The notes below the pieces were generated by a model. That model saw nothing but the letters and a program-made list of their open reading frames with translations, was not told the origin of the DNA and made no database searches. A stretch of DNA of 63,982 nucleotides, filler included, from Octopus bimaculoides (Eukaryota): assembly GCF_001194135.2 (NCBI RefSeq). It is 6 parts of 6 records of this genome, joined end to end, with 100 filler letters (N's around TTAATTAATTAA, not from the genome) between each part and the next. Parts side by side here need not be neighbours in the genome. Positions count along the whole stretch, not along the records: positions 21,453 to 33,871 come from NC_068994.1; positions 33,972 to 54,570 come from NC_069010.1; 4 more parts are not named here. One strand, 5' to 3'. Shown in pieces: positions 26,351 to 38,715 of this stretch (its first letter is position 1; each line of letters starts with the position of its first letter). Position numbers and translations under genes: made by a program.

Positions 26351-29300
26351 ACAGCAAAATGACTGTGGATAATAGTCAAAGAAAACAATGTATCAGCTTT
26401 TATATGATGTATTAGGTTTCAGTACAAACTATGAACCTGTTACCAATTATTTACCAATCCTATAATGTAGGAAAAATAAATCTATGACAGGTCCTGTGGC
26501 TGTCACTTATTAATCAGTATGTAACAATTCTGTCAATACAATGTTTTAAAGCATGGATTGTCTGAATGGTTAAAGGAATATGATACTTGCACCAATTGAC
26601 AGAAGTGGTCTATGAAATATCTAGCTTCCAAAACATCTTTAAAAATGAATATGTAACAGATTCTTATATTCCAACAATGTTGCTAACTAATGTTTACTAT
26701 TGTCATCTTTATGAATTGGCGATATTGTGGAGATTTTCAATACATTATAGAATCAGAGGCTAAAATTCCAGACTAGACTAGAATCAAAGATTGAATAAAT
26801 GGTACTGATGGGAATTTCATAAAGCGTTGCTTATATACATAAACAGGTGATAGATGTATCTAATAAATAAACCAATATCATCTGTACCTTATAAAGCTTT
26901 AAATAAGTGTATATCAACCAAGTATTTCATTCACATAGTATAAACTGAATGTATTCGTTTGTATATATTACGACAGGGTGTCTCAAACAGACAAGTATCA
27001 CCCTCTATTAATGAGAAAGCAATAGATTTTATATCCAAATAATTCTTGGACAAATTGAAGTTTAAACATGCCAATTTGTCCACCCCCTTTCAATCCTCAT
27101 ATATATCTCACTGTGAGAAACACTATTGGGAAGCATTAAATATTGCGAATCAAAATCCAATTTGCATTAAAGTTTCGATTCTCCGAGGTGGATTCCTTAA
27201 AGCACCTTCTGACCACCCTGACCTTATTGAGGTTCTACACTTACGGTCGAAATTAACATAATTGACGTTGTTCTTCAGCAAGTTTATGCATTTATAAGTT
27301 TTGTCTAAACGACAATATAATTTACTGAGAAATAATACTGATAATGATAATGGTGATGATGAAAAAGCGGTTATGGTGATGGTGGTGTAAGCAAAAACAT
27401 TTAGCAATGGACTATTGCTGCAAATCATCATTTTCTAAACCTGTATTTCTGACACGCATATATGGTAATGACGCCATTCGGATATTTTATTAATGCAGAG
27501 GTATTCAAATACTATCTAGACTCAGTTTTATTCAATAAAAGGGGTTGCCGTATTACAGACTCAAGCAACGAGTACTAGCAATGAGGTTAATAACATATTC
27601 TCTGCTTTCAGCTTGATTCTTAGTTAAGCAAAAAAAAAAAAAATAGATGAATGATCCAGAGAAAGAATCTTTAATTAAGACATGCTAAATGCTAAAATAG
27701 GATCCATAAATTCTTTGCATGTATCCATGAGTAAGCAGGTAGACTGGCAGGAAACAATATCAATCTGCCCAAATTCAGAGCCCGTCTGGAGTAAACCAGA
27801 CTGCAAGAAAAACATGAAAGCGCGTAACTTTGATACAATTAAGCACACATGCACTCGAGGGATGAAGAGGTAAGGAAAATAAATGAGGGAAGGGCGGAGT
27901 AAAAGTGAGTGAAGCAGAGAGTAAGAAGAGAGAAATAGTAATAAAGAGGTGGGTGTGAGGCGAGCAGAAGAAAGGGACAGTGCAACAAATAAACAAACAA
28001 AATCCTCATCAAAAATCACGAACACAAGAAATATTGTTTTGCAGCATGCCAACTGCCAAGAATAAATAATTACATGTATCTGCATAGCATTAGACAGACC
28101 GTAAGCAAATGCATGCATATAATAACTCTGTAGAATAGATGTACATAACTATAAACATTGTCACATATTTAGACTGCGTACGCTTACACGTATATACATT
28201 GAACATACAGTCTTGCCTACACATACAGATTAGCATCGTTATCAATATTAACTTACATGGGAGATTTTGAAATGAGATATTTCGATATTGTCACAAGCAA
28301 TGTCTCTGTCAGATTTCCCAATTCTCTTTTCTAAAACATATTAGATCTGTCTGACAGCCTGGAAAACGGGACATAGCTCAGATAATGCGCACGTTTTCTA
28401 TTGATTGGGGTTTGCTGAAAAGCAAGAAACTTGGGAAGGGAAATAATCCATGATAGCCTAGTTGTGGTGTTGGGTGGTAGGGCTTAGGTTTGTTTACATA
28501 GACAGTGTCTTGGATTAATTAAGCCAGCCTCAGTCCGAATTCTCACTAAGACATTTTTTTTCACTGAAAATATTAATACTAATATCCCCCAGTCTCTTTC
28601 AGTATTTATTCTATATATGCTTACTCTTTTCCTCCCCTCAAGATGTATGCATTTTTATTAATCTGTATACTCACAAATGCATGTAAATATGTTGATATGC
28701 ATGTCTGTATGCATGTCTGTATATGTGTACATATATAAAGAAGCTGAGAAGTGGGATATATACTAAAACAGACATACATATACATTTCCAGGCGATCATT
28801 TGTCTGTTTATATCCATATTTTACAAAGATCATTTGAATTCTGTTTCTGGCTTTTATTTAGAATCACGCTTCCCCTAAAAGTTGTACATATAATTGTTGC
28901 ATACAAAAAGAAAATCACTAAAAATATTCATTTTGTGAATTTTTAGAGAATGTTATATTTTTTGTTAATAGATATTTTTCAAGGGAGTTAACTCTCATCA
29001 TTAACTTCTCCATTTAATTGTTTTCAAACCCTAAATGTTTTTAATTCCTCTACTTAACGGTAAAGTTTAATTACAACTAAATTGTAGATATTCTCTCGCC
29101 AAATTCGAATAATTAATTCAAAGTAACTTCCTCCCAGATCTTTTATATATAATTCAAAATTTGGTATAGACACTTATTTACGTGTAGGTTATTGTTCCTT
29201 CATTGTTATTTCATTTGGTCAGTGTTTCTGAACACAACCTTCTTCTATTATTTAAGAATGATTAGGATAATTTCTACTCTTACTCTTATTTGAAATTATC

Positions 29301-29806
29301 ATGAATATATAGTATGCTGATAATAGATTAAAATCAGTTTATCAAAATATAATTTACCGAAGACATGACTGAAAAACAGTTGAAAGAAGTAACAGTTGCT
29401 CGAATTCACAATTGGTCGAATTTTGGGAAATAATTTCTTTTCAAGAATGTTCCACTGATGTTTTATTCAATTAATTTTTATTTATTAAAACACAAACTAG
29501 CATTTGGTCGAAATACTATAAAACATTTGAATTCTGCAAAGCAACATACAAAAATCTATTGAATCATTTCAGAACTACACTAATCGATTATTTATGTTCA
29601 TATATCTAAAGAATGAGGTAATGCCATAATTTTTTTAAATAATTTTGTCGAAATACTAATGTTTTCGTATTGTAAAGCCATCTGTACTGTTTTCAAATAT
29701 GGACTCATTTATAACATGTTTTGAACTATGATAAAAGGCATGAAGGGGCATTGGTATAAAATATTTTTGGAATGTACACATAAAATCATCCACACGTACA
29801 CACAAT

Positions 29807-29846
<40 letters not shown>

Positions 29847-29901
29847 ATGCATGAATGTATGTATGTGTGCATGCATGCAGATTTGTATGTTTTGTTTTAT
29901 G

Positions 29902-30848
29902 TGTAGTGAAACCTCTCTCGGGTATTTATTTACGAATGAGAACGAAGCGGCTAACATTTAGCATTCGGCCCGTTTGGACCTACTGTGTCCAGCACCCTGA
30001 TTGGCTCTTATTTGTGCGGCATTTGTCTCCAGTTCTGTTTCGCGCCAGGGTGAACGTCAACCAATCGTGGCCTTCTAATAAGGTCATGTGAGAGAGTGTT
30101 TTTCTGCTGTTTCTGGAGCCCCTTTTTACCTATAAATAGCCCTGCTTTATCTACGCCAGTTTGCGCGACCTCAGACCTTTTCAGGTCTGGTCGTAGACCA
30201 CACAGAACACAACTCCAGCCAGTTTCCAGCGACGACGTCAACACCACCGTTCTACTGTCTACTACAGTCCCGTCGCCAGCGCCAACACCACCAACAGCAA
30301 CCGCGGTTCCTTCTCAACACTGTTTGTGTGGATTGTTTCCACCTCGAAATAACAGCCAGAATCTTCTGTACCAAGTAACCGGTCGCAGCATCGAAGCTCA
30401 ACTTCACACACAACATGTGACACCTCAGCTCTTCTATTCGGCCACGACCTCTTGTGTACAGACATTCTACCTACTGTGTAACTCTTCTATGAACTGGTAC
30501 TTTCTTATCTTTGTGTTCAGGACTCTTATAGTCTATGTTACAGACTCTTATTCCATGCTCTGTATTTCTCATTCACACACACACACATATTATTGTATAC
30601 ACACTCTCACATACATGACGGTCTGTCATACATATTGTATTGTTTATATTGCCGCATGCACGCACACACAGTTGACTACCCTAATAAAACTTACTCTCTC
30701 TATATATATAACGGTTGTGTCTCTCGCTTTCCTTGCTGGTACTTGCTCGCATCTCACATAACATGTTTTGTGCCGACTGCGTGACGCGTTAAAAGGAGCT
30801 TCTTCCGTTCATCGCCATCTTCTTTGGTTCGCACGGTCGTTTTCTACA
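29902..30848 (+). mobile_element. Solo LTR (947 bp), Gypsy-like
   Basis: TGTAG...CTACA ends; 4-bp TSD TATG (29898-29901, 30849-30852); ATTGG/CCAAT boxes (about 30000, 30061), TATAAATA (30131) and AATAAA (about 30683). Confidence 0.8.
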
Positions 30849-31300
30849 TATGCATGTATTCTCATGCATATGGTTGCATGTCTAGACATGATCATATATA
30901 CATAAATGATAAACTTTTGAAAAGTTTTACAGATTCTTACAGTTCCAGTGATGGTTTGGATCTGTAGTCTTCGAATCAGCTTTCTCCTTTCTGGTCTCCA
31001 AAGACCTAATTTATTCAAGATTGGTACATAGGCAGTGTGTTACATGTCCCAGTGCTCGAATAATTGCTGTTATAAACCTGAACTTGTAATCTGGATAGAA
31101 TAACTAGATTTCTCAATAGTTCAGCATAGGTATTTTCTTTTTCGCGTTTTGTTAACATTCATTGGGCAACTGATTTCCACAATTGTACACAGTTTCTCTT
31201 CTCTATCCCAATACGTACATACATACATACGTACGTTCGTATGTACATATGTATGTATGTATGTATTCATATGTATGCATGTATTCTTTAGATTGGAAGA

Positions 31301-31532
31301 AAGGCGGCGAGCTGGTAGAACTATTGGATCTTTCTGATTTGACGGTCAAGATCCTTATTATTTGCATGCCAGGCAAAATGCTTAACGGTATTTCGTCCGT
31401 CTTTACACTCTGAGTCAAATTCCGCCGTGGTCAACTTTACCTTTCATCCTTTTTGGATCGATGAAATGAGCACCGGTTGCGCACTGGGGTCGACGTAATT
31501 GACTAGCCTCCCCCCCACCCAAATGCCAGGCC
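31301..31532 (+). mobile_element. CORE-type SINE family A with internal insertion
   Basis: Head interrupted by about 40 bp, then CORE and tail. Confidence 0.75.
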
Positions 31533-31581
31533 TTAGTGACTCATATTCCAATTGTCAATTTCGGAGAGAAGTAGGTGACTC

Positions 31582-31952
31582 TGTACTCGGCTTTAGTGGA
31601 AAGTGGGTTATACATCTTTAGATGTATACCTGACTTTCCTACTATAAAATTAGAATATAACGGAACGCTGAACTCCAGACTATCAACTTAAACAACACTT
31701 TATTTAGGTGGTAAATATATACATCTTTAGTTCTTGTTGTTACAGCTTCTGTGTGTATGAGCATAGTTGTTGGGACGTGGGTATGTAGTTGCAAGCGAGC
31801 TGTCGAGCGTAAGTCCGAAAGATGTAGAGAGACAGCTTAACACGTCCATGCTCATGGTCGGCCGACCGTAAAAGAGATAGAATTAAGCGGGAACGCTTGG
31901 TTGTTTAATTCCACGCATGCGTGAGACTACGCATGCGCACGGCGTTACTACA
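31582..31952 (-). mobile_element. Probable solo LTR (about 370 bp)
   Basis: TGTA...TACA ends; minus-strand AATAAA near 31697; homologous to 32825-33137. No clean TSD at these ends. Confidence 0.6.
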
Positions 31953-32251
31953 CGGCTTTTGCCAAAGTTTCAAATAGATTTCTTACTGTAAACTTGCCAA
32001 CGCCAATTCTTGGGTAGCTTTCCTTCGCTATTTTGGTCTTATAGTAGATCTTAAGTATCAAGATCTCATTAGCTTGTTGATATTTCTACCAATTCAACTG
32101 TTTTTTTTTTTAACCATCGACTAATGTCAAGCCTTGTTGTTTGAAGGCTGAATGCAAGTTCATCTTAGATTTAGGAATTATTCGACTAACCAAGCTTTAA
32201 ACAGCATTACTCTTTTCTCTAGATATATCCTTCACCCTCATGGTTTTCCTT

Positions 32252-32824
32252 TGTAAGGACCGTGTGATGTGAGGTGACGAGAATGGCTCTTTAGTACATG
32301 ACACGATCGATACAATAAATATATAATTTGAATGGTACATATAAGTGCCAAAAGGAAAAAGGAGACATAACCGCGTAGAATGATTAAGAGAAGATTTATA
32401 GGTATGTTAACGTGTGTGTCTATGTGTGCGTCATGTATATAGAATTGTAGAACGACCGTGCGAACCAAGGAGAATGGTGATGAATGGAACGGCTCCTTTT
32501 AACGCGTCGCATGGTCGACACAAATATAAATAACAGGTTGTATATTTGCTGTTGATCCATGGTGAAGTAATTCACGAACAGTGAAGTGTTGGAACTTGGG
32601 TGAAATGCTTGCTGAGCTGTATACGTAGAGATGATGTTGACGACGTTGAGGAGATGGTGGAGACGAAGGAGGTTGCCGTAATGCTGTTGGACGAAGCTGG
32701 TAAACCTCAACGTGGATGCTGTGGTGACCTCGCTGGAACTGGCTGTGTCTTGTGTGGTCAGTGGCTAGACCTTTCTGGAACCGAAAGACTCGAAAGGAGG
32801 AAAATGTGAGTTTTTATAAGGAGT
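32252..32824 (-). mobile_element. Partial LTR related to 29902-30848, in opposite orientation
   Basis: Reverse complement of 32445-32530 aligns with 30770-30848; 32720-32790 aligns with 30200-30240; TATAAA on minus at about 32813-32818. Confidence 0.6.
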
Positions 32825-33137
32825 TGTAGGCTTTTAGGAGAGTGGGTTATATATCTTTAGATATACACCTAACTTCCCTACATTAAATTGGAAGAGAACT
32901 GAACGCAGAAACTCCAAACTGATCAACAACAACAAATATTTATTGTACGGTGGAAAATAAAACAGCTTCCAATTGTCCGGTTTTAGAGTAGCCTGAAATG
33001 TAGATGTACGGTTCTTCGAGTTGGTGTCGTTATAGAGACAACTTGGTTCAACCACACTCAAATGGGAGAGCTTGCTTAGACGTCTTGCTTGGTCGCTGTC
33101 AGGCTTGGTAAGAGACAGTCTAATAGCGGGAACGCTT
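32825..33137 (-). mobile_element. LTR related to 31582-31952, running into a gap
   Basis: Shared gtgggttatacatctttagatgtatacc-like hairpin and tagcgggaacgctt segment. Confidence 0.55.
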
Positions 33138-34614
33138 NNNNNNNNNNNNNNNNNNNNNNNNNNNNNNNNNNNNNNNNNNNNNNNNNNNNNNNNNNNNNNN
33201 NNNNNNNNNNNNNNNNNNNNNNNNNNNNNNNNNNNNNNNNNNNNNNNNNNNNNNNNNNNNNNNNNNNNNNNNNNNNNNNNNNNNNNNNNNNNNNNNNNNN
33301 NNNNNNNNNNNNNNNNNNNNNNNNNNNNNNNNNNNNNNNNNNNNNNNNNNNNNNNNNNNNNNNNNNNNNNNNNNNNNNNNNNNNNNNNNNNNNNNNNNNN
33401 NNNNNNNNNNNNNNNNNNNNNNNNNNNNNNNNNNNNNNNNNNNNNNNNNNNNNNNNNNNNNNNNNNNNNNNNNNNNNNNNNNNNNNNNNNNNNNNNNNNN
33501 NNNNNNNNNNNNNNNNNNNNNNNNNNNNNNNNNNNNNNNNNNCGTATGGACATTCCAAATTTCCTTGTGTAGCTTTTTACGAACCGGATACATAGTTTTT
33601 TTTTTTTCTGAATGGAAGAAAAATGTTCAATAAAAAAAAAACTGAAATTGTCCAGTAAAAACACAATAAATTAAACGTAAATAGTTTTTTCCAATTTGTT
33701 GGGCCAATGCACCGTCCTACCAAACCTAGTAACATAAGGTTCGCTAGGGTTCCTTTGCAACGACGAAGGTGGTGTAATTGTTGGTGTGTGTGATTGTGAT
33801 GGTGCTGATGTTGGTGTATGCATTGGTAAAGGCGTTGACAATGTGTGTGGTGATAGTGGTGTGTGCGGCATNNNNNNNNNNNNNNNNNNNNNNNNNNNNN
33901 NNNNNNNNNNNNNNNTTAATTAATTAANNNNNNNNNNNNNNNNNNNNNNNNNNNNNNNNNNNNNNNNNNNNGTTTTATTAATTAATTTAATTTTCATAAA
34001 TGTTCATTATAATGTAGAAGATGGCGTTTGAATTTTACATTTTTTAATGCTAGTCATTAAGTTTTCTTCAAATCCAATTAGATGTTGGTTTTTGTGGTGG
34101 GTTCTTATGAGAGTCAAAATAACGTTTCAAGTAGTCAGTAGATCCCATATATATATAATAATGATAATAAATGGAGCAAAACGCATATAAATAAAAGTTC
34201 CTTTAATTCCTACACATGTTTCAAAATAAATGAGAGCTCCTTCACAAAAAAGTAAGAGCTGCTGGGATTCCTCATATATTTCTCTTCAGGGAGTTCATAA
34301 TAAAACATATAATAGCAAGACAAAAACGAAATGATGAGGTAACTTATATATATATATAGATATATATATATATATATATACATGCATATATACATACACA
34401 CACACACACTTATAGCGCTCATACAGATATATAACACACAAGGCACCCACACCTACCCCTATGTGAATTTAAGCATGTATGCACATTAATTATCTTAGGG
34501 AGCGTTTCACACATGTTGTCTACAAGAAGAATTTGTCTTTGCTGACAGTCACTGCAACAGAGGCCTGTACACAAATGTGCTTAACATATTAGTATTACTA
34601 TTATCCTAATACAG

Positions 34615-34620
34615 TTTATT
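34615..34620 (-). terminator. Candidate polyadenylation signal for ZNF gene 1
   Basis: AATAAA on minus strand about 140 nt after the stop codon. Confidence 0.35.
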
Positions 34621-34761
34621 GTAATATTATTATCGGGTCTGTAAGGTTGGCTCAGATGTAATGCACTGAGCAGTAATTAACTTCTTTAATTAATGCATGG
34701 AAGACGGATGTTAAACAATGCTGATGATTTAGTTCTCTTTTGTATGAATACATATGTCTAG

Positions 34762-35739
34762 TTATGCAAGCCTTTTTCTGACGACTGACTGACCAGAGGT
34801 GTCTAGCTTCTTTCCTGTATGAATACGTTTATGTTTAGTTAAGACACCTCCCTCAGAGAACGATTTTCCACAAATGTCACAGTGATAAGGTTTCTCTCCT
34901 GTGTGTATTCGATCGTGTTTAGTTAATGTGTTTTGATGGGAAAACGATTTGCCACAGATATCACACTGGTACGGTTTCTCTCCTGTATGGATGCGTTTGT
35001 GAGCAGCTAATGTATTCCCATGAGAAAACGATTTACTACAGATATCACAATGATATGGTTTTTCTCCCGTATGAGTACGCTTGTGAGTAGTAACCTCCCC
35101 ATTTTGAGAGAACAATCTCCCGCAGATATCACAGTGATATGGCTTCTCCCCTGTATGAATGCGTTTGTGAATAGTGACCTCGCCGTTTTGGGAGAACGAT
35201 TTACCACAGATATCACAGTGATATGGCTTCTCTCCTGTATGAATACGCATGTGAATAGTCAAGTGGTTAATTACAGAGAACGATTTACCGCAGATATCAC
35301 AGTGGTATGGTTTCTCTCCTGTATGGATGCGTCTGTGAATAGTTAATGAGCTTTTTGCAGAGAATGAATTACCACAGATATCACAGTGATATGGTTTCTC
35401 TCCTGTATGAACGTATAAATGTCTAGTCATAGTATTTCTATGAGAAAATGATTTATTACAGATATCGCAGTGATATGGTTTCTCTCCCGTATGGATGCGT
35501 CTGTGAGTAGTTAATGAGCTTTTTGCAGAGAATGAATTACCACAGATGTCACAGTGATATGGTTTCTCTCCTGTATGTGTACGTCTGTGAGAACTGAGAT
35601 TACTTTTATGTAAGAAAGATTTACTACAGATATCGCAGTGATATAGCTTCTCTTTTCCTTCCTCTGTATCATCAAAAATACCAATCCTTTTGCACAGTAT
35701 TTTATATTTAACATTGTTCTGGCACAATTCATTTTCCAT
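34762..35739 (-). CDS. C2H2 zinc-finger protein, 10 fingers (ZNF gene 1)
   Basis: 10 C-x2-C-x12-H-x3-H units with TGEKP linkers. Start placed at MENELC by homology with the other two genes; an in-frame ATG also exists at 35757. The GTG start at 35823 in the ORF track is less likely. Confidence 0.95.
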   Translation of the reverse strand: MENELCQNNVKYKILCKRIGIFDDTEEGKEKLYHCDICSKSFLHKSNLSSHRRTHTGEKPYHCDICGNSFSAKSSLTTHRRIHTGEKPYHCDICNKSFSHRNTMTRHLYVHTGEKPYHCDICGNSFSAKSSLTIHRRIHTGEKPYHCDICGKSFSVINHLTIHMRIHTGEKPYHCDICGKSFSQNGEVTIHKRIHTGEKPYHCDICGRLFSQNGEVTTHKRTHTGEKPYHCDICSKSFSHGNTLAAHKRIHTGEKPYQCDICGKSFSHQNTLTKHDRIHTGEKPYHCDICGKSFSEGGVLTKHKRIHTGKKLDTSGQSVVRKRLA

Positions 35740-35848
35740 AATTTTTTCTTCTCTCATCACAATATACAAATGTTTATATTCATCTTTGTATTTTAGCTTT
35801 GTATCCCTGACAAATATTTCCACCGACTGGCCCTTGTTTTATCAATAT

Positions 35849-35850
35849 CT
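35849..35850 (-). promoter_or_regulatory. Predicted splice acceptor of ZNF gene 1 coding exon
   Basis: tttttag|ATATTGAT, the same junction motif as 41330-41331 and 49872-49873. Confidence 0.6.
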
Positions 35851-36239
35851 AAAAATGATGAAATTTATTTTTGGTAAATTTGTCCAAGCTTAATTAAAAC
35901 GTAAAAATCATGTTGCAGCTATTTCAGACGATGAAGCTATCAATTTGAGTTCAGAAAAATCATTTCACAGTAATTCCACCAAAAATTTATATAAACAAGA
36001 TATTTCTTCTTTCAGTCTTTAAAACTTGATAGATATTGATTCTTTGATACTAATTTTATCGAATATTCTGAAATAAAAAAAAGAGACAACGGTATAAGGA
36101 ATGGAAGGTGTGTAAAGAGCAAAGATACAACGAGGGAAATTTGTTCTGGTACAGGTAAATTGTAGAAATATACATGTATATACATAATATGTAGGCACAG
36201 GAGTGAGTGTGTGGTAAGTAGCTCGCTTTCTCTGTCTCC

Positions 36240-36680
36240 CCTTCCAATAGGGGGGGGGGGGCAGTGGGCCCTTTTTCCCGCTCCAGGGCCTTATTACGGC
36301 CCTGGGGGCAGTTCTTCTTAATGTGGCCAGCTTCTAGGCACATATAGCACCTCGGTTGCCGACCCTCAATAATAACTGGATACCTGGCCCCGGCCATCTT
36401 CAAAAAATCAGGAAAGCACATGTCTCCTACAGCCACTGGGGACCGCAAGGTTAATGTCACCTTGGCGCCCTGCCAGTTGACCGCAGGTGACATGTGCACA
36501 TTAAGGAGCCTGGGTCCACTGTGCCTCCAAGCCCTGCCGGATGGTATCAGCGATCCACTCGGCCTTGGCGTCTGAGGGTAGTCCATGAACCCAGGCTCTA
36601 ATTGATTTGCCCTGGTCCCATAATGCTGCCTGGACGTCCCTGCTCAGGCACCTCTTCCATAGGGTCCTATAAGAAGCAAC
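36240..36680 (-). pseudogene. Frameshifted non-LTR retrotransposon ORF1 remnant (RRM-like plus CCHC zinc knuckle)
   Basis: VIIEGRQPRCYMCLEAGHIKKNCP is C-x2-C-x4-H-x4-C; an upstream frame reads AWVHGLP...EWI. Confidence 0.65.
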
Positions 36681-36689
36681 TTTCTGGCT

Positions 36690-37600
36690 AGATTCCTAAG
36701 CGTGATTGAGTCTAGGAATATTATCCAACCATCTCGTGCTTACTCTACCCCTCAGTCTCCTTGCCTTGAAGAATCCGTCTAGCGACTTTTTTTTTTCCCA
36801 GTAACATTCTGATCACAGTGGAGGCGCAATGGACCAGTGGTTAGGGCAGCGGATTCGCGGCTTCGATTCCCAGACCGGGAGTTGTGAGTGTTTATTGAGC
36901 GAAAAACACTTAAAGCCCCACGAGGCTCCGGCAAGGGATGGTGGCGAACCCTGCTGTACTCTTTCACCACAACTTTCTCTCACTCTTACTTCCTGTTTCT
37001 GTTGTGCCTGTAATTCAAAGGGGTCAGCCTTGTCACACTCTGTGTCACGCTGAATCTCCCCCGAGAACTACGTTAAGGGTACACGTGTCTGTGGAGTGCT
37101 CAGCCACTTGCACGTTAATTTCACGAGCAGGCTGTTCCGTNNNNNNNNNNACTTGCACATTAATTTCACAGGGGATGGTGGGGAACCCTGCTGTACTCTT
37201 CCACCACAACTTTCTCTCACTCTTACTTCCTGTTTCTGTTGTGCCTGTAATTCAAAGGGGTCAGCCTTGTCACACTCTGTGTCACGCTGAATCTCCCCCG
37301 AGAACTACGTTAAGGGTACACGTGTCTGTGGAGTGCTCAGCCACTTGCACGTTAATTTCACGAGCAGGCTGTTCCGTTGATCGGATCAACTGGAACCCTC
37401 GACGTCGTAAGCGACGGAGTGCCAACAACAACAGATGGTTATCACATGTCCGTAGTACCGGAGCTGTGACTTCTCAGTGCTTGATCTGGAGAAACTCCCT
37501 GGATCTCCGAGCTGCAGACGCAATCGAGTAACGTTACTTCAGAGACCCTTCTGAGAAATTCATTTCGGCCGCTTGTATATGAGATCGTACTCATTCGATC
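36690..37600 (-). pseudogene. RTE LINE ORF remnant split by a SINE B insertion
   Basis: 37440-37600 encodes EFLRRVSEVTLLD..SSEI / QLRYYGHV; 36690-36800 encodes ILQGK / RGRVSTRWLDNI. Confidence 0.6.
36820..37432 (+). mobile_element. SINE family B (internal duplication around a 10-N gap)
   Basis: Head at 36820; 36942-37140 repeated at 37171-37370; tail gccaacaacaac. Confidence 0.8.
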
Positions 37601-38146
37601 ATTACCCGACATCCACGACCATAAATAATCCAATACCATATATCGTAATATTTACCTATAATACTATGTACTATAAAACTATAATACTTACCTATCGTTG
37701 CAGCGGGAGTATAAAGTGGGATGACCTTATAAGTTCAAAGGTTGGACTCGACGAGGTCAATGGAAATGACAACTTCCATCGACAGCTATTCATGTACCAG
37801 ATGACGCTTATTTTATATAAAACGTATGATCATGCTTCGTAATATATTGCTGAAATAGCTGACATGTTTGTAAAATGAGGTGATCGTCTGGAACAGAGGA
37901 AAAAAAACTGAGAGGGATGAAGTTTAGAACACAAAACAAAACAGAACGAATCTTGCCATTTTGCACAAACCTCTAGCGGAGAATTTAGGAAATAAATCAT
38001 GTAAAGGGGAACAACTTCCACAACTTGAAACCTGTTTCAAACTTGTTTCTCTCACATGGACATCTGCATGAATTGATTTGTGCTTTATTCTTTCTTTCTT
38101 CAGTAGTTTTGAAAGGGCAATTTCTTGTGGTTGTTACGAGGTTATT

Positions 38147-38445
38147 TTCAAGTGGCTGAGCACTCCACAGACACGTGTACCCTTAACGTAGTTCTCGGGG
38201 ATATTCAGCGTGAAAACAGAGTGTGACAAGGCTGACCCTTTGAATTACAGGCACAACAGAAACAGGAAGAGAGAAAGTTGTGGTGGAAGAGTACAGCAGG
38301 GGTCACCACCATCCCCTGCCGGAGCCTCGTGGAGCTTTTAGGTGTTTTCGCTCAATAAACACTCACAACGCCCGGTCTGGGAATCAAAACCGCGATCCTA
38401 TGACCGCGAGTCCGCTGCCCTAACCACTGGGCCATTGCGCCTTCA
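38147..38445 (-). mobile_element. SINE family B
   Basis: Reverse complement of family B head and body. Confidence 0.85.
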
Positions 38446-38473
38446 CGCAAGATGCTTGATAAAACAAAAAAAT

Positions 38474-38715
38474 GGAAGTGACGTACGTGACAAAAAAAGT
38501 TTCAAATTTAATACAATGCTGCGTGGATCTGTAAGAAATTGTCTCAGTATTGACATCGGCTCGAAAATGAACCGTTTCAACATGCCATTACCTTGACCAG
38601 TTTAAAATGATTCTTTATTTTGGTTTAACTTTCATGAATAGCCCAAGAGATATTTGACAACGTCCCTCCCACCGTTGTGTTACTATGTTTCATCACGTGA
38701 CCAAAACTGACCAAT
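38474..38715. promoter_or_regulatory. Candidate promoter cluster between divergent ZNF genes 1 and 2
   Basis: GGAAGTGACGT (ETS-CRE composite, 38474-38484), TCACGTGAC E-box (38693-38701) and CCAAT (38711-38715). Confidence 0.4.

Noticed and set aside
35007-35732. Alternative-frame and antisense ORFs over the ZNF genes (also 48628-49299, 49528-49752)
   Set aside because: Shadow ORFs caused by the 84-bp periodic codon usage of finger arrays.
35758-35823. N-terminal extension of ZNF gene 1 from a GTG start
   Set aside because: Non-ATG start in a eukaryote; the homologous sequence is out of frame and closed in genes 2 and 3.
36942-37370. Internal duplication within SINE B around a 10-N gap
   Set aside because: Near-identical and centred on a minimal gap; probable assembly overlap.
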